This document shows positions 59,557 through 64,000 of a stretch of DNA of 64,000 bases, one piece after another. The DNA comes from Planctomycetaceae bacterium. GTDB lineage: Bacteria; Planctomycetota; Planctomycetia; Planctomycetales; Planctomycetaceae. Position numbers and translations under genes: made by a program. The stretch spans positions 135,672 to 199,671 of the forward strand of contig JAWKUC010000007.1 in the NCBI GenBank assembly GCA_041398805.1, in the 5' to 3' direction. Position 1 is the first letter of the stretch. Each line of letters begins with the position of its first letter. Below the pieces are notes generated by a model. The model did not search any database. It saw only the letters and a program-made list of their open reading frames with translations, and was not told the origin of the DNA.

Positions 59557-59637
59557 GATGAAAATCCTTGATCAGCGAACGTGTCGGGGGGACAGACTGA
59601 CTCCTCCAGCCTGTTTTGACCAGAGTGTAGCGAGTGT

Positions 59638-60843
59638 TTATTCGGCTGCAAAGAGCACTCGCACCGTGAACTCTTCCGCATCCGGGTGATTGGTTTCATC
59701 TGGATTTCCAACGGGTTTCCCGGTTTTTGACAATCGCGGGCGAGTTGGGCAAGTACTCAAACTGAAGTTGGACCTCGGCACGGTCATTGTTGGATGAATC
59801 TTCCTGCTCTTTCTGGCTGTTCTGCCCATCGTCCAGAATATGGACTTTCAGGAATTTCAATTCAGACTCGGCTGACAGAAATTTGAAGGTTTCTCCTTCA
59901 GGCATGTTACTCAAGCCTGCCACAAAAACGCTATATCGACTTTACGACCCTCCTGGGCTGAAAAGGTACCCATATCGAGCGCCAGGAAGTTGCTCGACCA
60001 GACAACTCCTTTCTGATGCGATGTCTTGAGAAACGTAAACGGGCCTTTAACGTTTCCATGCAGGAAAATTTTGACTTCGCTCTCGCCCTGATAATCGGTC
60101 TTAATCTTCAGGAACTCCTCAATCGCACCATACCTGAGCCCGGATGCACAGTCACACTGACCTCATAACCATTTTTCATTTCATAGGTCTTGAGTTCTTC
60201 CGAGTCAGTTGGCGAGACTCCCCTGTGATAAACTTACTGGAAGAATCAATTGACAGATCTTGAAATCATCCAGTAGTGTCTGGATCCGTCCAGTGATCGT
60301 TTTTGTCTGAGTTAATGTCATTTCACCTAACGGCCATTTCCTGTCGGGAATAATCTCAAAATAGGCAAAAATAAAACCGGTGATCTGAAATTGAATTTCA
60401 GGACGTTCCGGGTCGTTGGTGAAAACGACTGCGTATTGACGAAACTTCTGAGAGTCGCCAATCGTAGAAATCCCTTCCGGGGTCCACTCCAGTTCAACTT
60501 CGGTGAATTCCCCGGCTCCAGCAATTTCTCAGAGAGATTACCGATCGTGCATTTGCAGCTCGAATCACCCTGGGTCAGTTCCAGGGCCTCCCTTTGTTGT
60601 AAATTTTGAAAGTATGGTGACCCGTCTGATATTGAGCCTGCTTTCCAAAGTCGAATTCTGTCTGCTCGGTGACAGCCTTGGGCTGTTTTCCACCTTCTTT
60701 GATCTCCGGAGTGAGGGGGAGTTCCTCTGTTTTCGTGGGAGGTTGAATCACCTTGTCTTCCTTGGATGGTGCTGTCCCCAGGGAGTAGGCAATCAGCCCA
60801 CGACGACAACGAGAACGGTGATCATCAAGCTTTTAGGATTCAT
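59638..60843 (-). CDS. Membrane-anchored DUF1573 (Ig-like) protein (many frameshifts)
   Basis: N-terminal TM, PKAV..TEFDFG, SSCKCT.G, TNHPDAEE fragments. Confidence 0.7.
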
Positions 60844-61187
60844 GGATTTTCTCTTGGATTGGAACAGGACTCGACCTGAATTTCCGTGAATTCAAGTGAT
60901 CCTCAATTGAACTCTGAACAGGTGAGATTTGATTTTAGAGACGGAATTATGAGAGGAATGTGAATACTATTGAATCGAGCAGGTGCTGGCGGACAGCTTC
61001 CGAAATGACAGGGATCACCCAGACTTGAGAGAGGTGAAACAGCTGATCATCCTGCGGGATTTAATCCGGAACAATCCGCTTACTTACTGTACTCTTTTTC
61101 ACAGAAACTGTTGATTTCCCCCTCAGGAAGCAGGAATGAGGGGATCTGGATTATCGGACACGCGGTGAACTGAATTCTGGCCGCAGA

Positions 61188-63533
61188 TCACTTAAGTCCT
61201 TCCTCGATCAGATGTTTTAACGTTTCCTGTACACCCTCGTCCAGACGTTGATCGGTATGACCGGCCAGATTATTGGCTTCATCCAGCTGCAATGCCCGAT
61301 TAGCCTCGGAGATGGCCTGTGGAATGTCCCCAATTTCCTGCAATAATAGGGCATATTGGGCTCTTAAATAGGCATCCGCAGGATATCGCGAGACCCCATC
61401 CGAATAGAAGAATCCCGCCTTTTCACCCACTGCCGGAGACCGGGTCTGGAGAAATGCTTCCTGCCAGAGGTTCCCCAAATCGATAAATCGACGCGGATTG
61501 TGGGGATCCCGGCTGAGTGCCAACTCGTAGTTTTTGATTGCCGAATTAAACAAGTCATCCTGCCAGCGACCGGTTTCCTGACAACTGAGGGCAGAAAATC
61601 ACCCATTTGCTTCGGAGGGACTGGGTCGAGTGCGTCTGCTGAAACAGCATCCTGGTACAAAGCGAAGATTTCATCGCGAGTTGACTCCAGCCGCGCCAAC
61701 TCAGCCTGCTCCAGGTATTGGGATGATTGCTGCACGGGAAGCCACGCTGTCAGTAGAGCAAAGCCGACAGCACGATCCCGAGAAACATCCTGCCAGATAC
61801 AGGTTCCGGGTGTTAATTCTCAGGTTCCAGCTCTTCATTGTTCCCGGCACCAGAGCGAGCAACAGAAGCAGAATCTGAACCAGGGCGGGCATTTCAATTC
61901 CACCAGATGCCGAGAAGTGCACCAACAGCAGCAACAAAATCCACTCGGATAATTGAGGTAACCTGCGGTTAAGTTGCTCCAGAAAAGCCTGTCCATATTT
62001 CTTTAAGAAGAAAGCAACGAGCAGCACACCCATGGCGGAGAAGAACAACACCCACTCGAATTTTGCATAGTTCAGTCGATGGATGAGTCCCATACAAATG
62101 AAAGCCGACAGTCCCCCGATGAAGAGTGAACTGAACTCAAAGTTAGATTCTGCAACAGGAGTCTGTAAAAACGCACCGAGAGATTCTGCTGCTTTCAGAG
62201 ATTGTGCATCATGCGCGCGACGATACGATCGAAAGAGATAGAGAGCAATCATCACCAAACCTAACAGAGCCAGTAGCCCACCATTCGCCCACAGATCGAG
62301 CAGGAATTGATGCGGGTCAGCGATTTCCTCGCTGGCCCCGGCAGGTTTATATTGCAGGTAATTCGTGCGAAAATTTCCCGGTCCCACGCCCACAAGAGGA
62401 GAGTGAGACAACATCTGGAGCGTTGTCTTCCAATAGATCCAGCGATATTGCACAGACCGGGGTGCTTCTGAAAGAACTTCCGAGTCGAGCGCACCAGTCA
62501 TCATGGCAATTGCTATCAGAAGGCCAGTTCCGACGATGACTCCCGTAGATGCATACCACCAGCGCCTCGACCACCGCGTCAATGCAAAGAGCCCCAGAGT
62601 GAACAGCAGGGCTAACCAGGCGGTTCGGCTTTTAGTCAATATTAGTACATAAACCAACAGCAGAACAGTTCCCCACCAGCAAATTGATTTGAAGGAGAGA
62701 CCTTGTTTCAATTCGATTTTTTTCTGGTGATCGCGTAACCCTGCGGCTAACCAGACACCAATTAGAAATAGCAACAGAGCTGCAAAGGAGTTGGTGAGTG
62801 CGAAGAAACCGAGTGGTTCTTTGCTGGCGAGCAGACGATTTTCCCACGATTCGATGGCAGTTGTTTCGAGGGGAACTCCCTGTTGCTGAAAATAATCCTG
62901 CACTGCCAGATATTGCTGCTGTTGCTGCGAACTCCACTGTGCAGGATCAAGTGCGTTCAACTCCAGGTAAACGGTTTTGTGCTGAAGATATTCCTGACTC
63001 GCGTTTTCATACCAGACGTAATGCTGCCACAAACCGACGCAGGCGAAGGGAATGGCACTGGCCAACAAAAGCAGGTAGAACTCCTTAAGTTGGCCCCGTT
63101 GTCTGATCAACCAGCGTAAAGCCAGAAAAGTAGCCAGTAAGCCAATCCATTCCCAACAAAGATTGAGAGCAAAACGAAGTTGGCCCCCTTGGAGCCATAG
63201 CCAGCCAAAACCGAGAAGATGCCCCAACACGATCAGAATCAACCCTCCCTTGAGGAGGTCAATTGAAAAGCGAGTGGCATCTTTCGCAGCATCGCCTCCC
63301 TCCGAAGAGGTAGCAGTCGCACGATATTCCAACCAGCAAACCAGACTTCCGGCAATCAGCCAAACCAGGCAGACGAGGAGTGTCTCACCCGTTGTAGCCC
63401 CTTCGGTGATCGTCAACCAGCGCATCATCCAGCCGAAGCCAATCAATCCGAGCGTAAACTGCTCCAGCGGCGAAGCAACCGGTTGCGACTCACCCTGCTT
63501 TATGATTGATTTGTGACGCTTGCGAACAGACAT
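61188..63533 (-). CDS. O-antigen ligase (Wzy_C) family protein with C-terminal TPRs (frameshifted)
   Basis: FALTNSFA, LTKSRTAW, YR..YW, GVGPGNF, DPHQ; TPR-like C-terminus in the 61188-61735 ORFs. Confidence 0.85.
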
Positions 63534-63576
63534 ACGGAAAATTTAATCGCTTCAAAGAGAATGTAGAACTGATTTC

Positions 63577-64000
63577 TTAATTATCAGCTTTGTTACTGGA
63601 AGCAGCCTCTGAAATACGGCGAGCCTGATGTGCGGCGGCCAGCTCCAGAATGGCGATGAGTAATAAGACGCCGGCTGTTAACAACAAGGCTGTTAATGCC
63701 GTAAACCAGGAAGTCGAATGGAATAGTAAAATACCCGCCAGCCCGGTAATCAATGTCGCCAGATAAATAACCAGCACAGCTTGCCACTGAACCAGGCCGA
63801 GCGCAACCAGTCGATGCGAGAAATGTTTCTTATCAGGCTGAAACGGAGATCGTCCTTCCCAGAGACGAATGCAGATCACGGAACAGAAGTCGTACAAGGG
63901 AACGGCTAGAATGCAGAGTGGAGCCAACACCACGAAGCGGTTCTCAGATGTTGAAGTATGATAAGTCCCCAGCATGGTGACTGCCCCGAGGGAGAGCCCG
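63577..64000 (-). CDS. MraY/WecA-family (glycosyltransferase 4) sugar-1-phosphate transferase, 3' part
   Basis: VPLYD...R...GRSPFQPDKKHFSHRLV..G. Confidence 0.88.
   Translation of the reverse strand, partial: GLSLGAVTMLGTYHTSTSENRFVVLAPLCILAVPLYDFCSVICIRLWEGRSPFQPDKKHFSHRLVALGLVQWQAVLVIYLATLITGLAGILLFHSTSWFTALTALLLTAGVLLLIAILELAAAHQARRISEAASSNKADN

Overview
A 64 kb chromosomal segment from a Planctomycetota bacterium, most like Planctomycetaceae. The assignment is inferred from the DUF1559 and DUF1573 proteins, a CsrA paralogue, the planctomycete-style HTH-REC regulator and the three-subunit Sdh. Most of the window is housekeeping: rpmB, gatCAB, proS, yhaM, rnr, sdhCAB, tRNA-Val and tRNA-Ser, nusA-infB-rbfA, yebC, ruvB, tpx, mnmG, alaS, recA. 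Many essential genes carry single-base frameshifts in patches, which most likely reflects long-read assembly error rather than pseudogenisation, so boundaries of frameshifted genes are hand-reconstructed and approximate. The most interesting items are: (1) back-to-back sigma-54-type promoters driving csrA plus a secreted repeat protein on one side and a secreted, nearly uncharged Tyr/Asn/Ser/Gly-rich protein with four CX4C motifs on the other; (2) a tandem array of five divergent DUF4328-like membrane proteins, three with C-terminal Zn-ribbons; (3) a plcP-btaA-btaB betaine-lipid remodelling cluster followed by a secreted metallohydrolase; (4) an orphan ketosynthase with the catalytic Cys replaced by Glu; (5) a DapA-family aldolase ending in a microcompartment encapsulation-peptide-like helix; (6) a DUF1573 / UshA-like-tetrahaem lipoprotein / DUF971 cluster; (7) a protein with a histone-H1-like tail. 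No CRISPR array, rRNA, integrase or transposase was seen.
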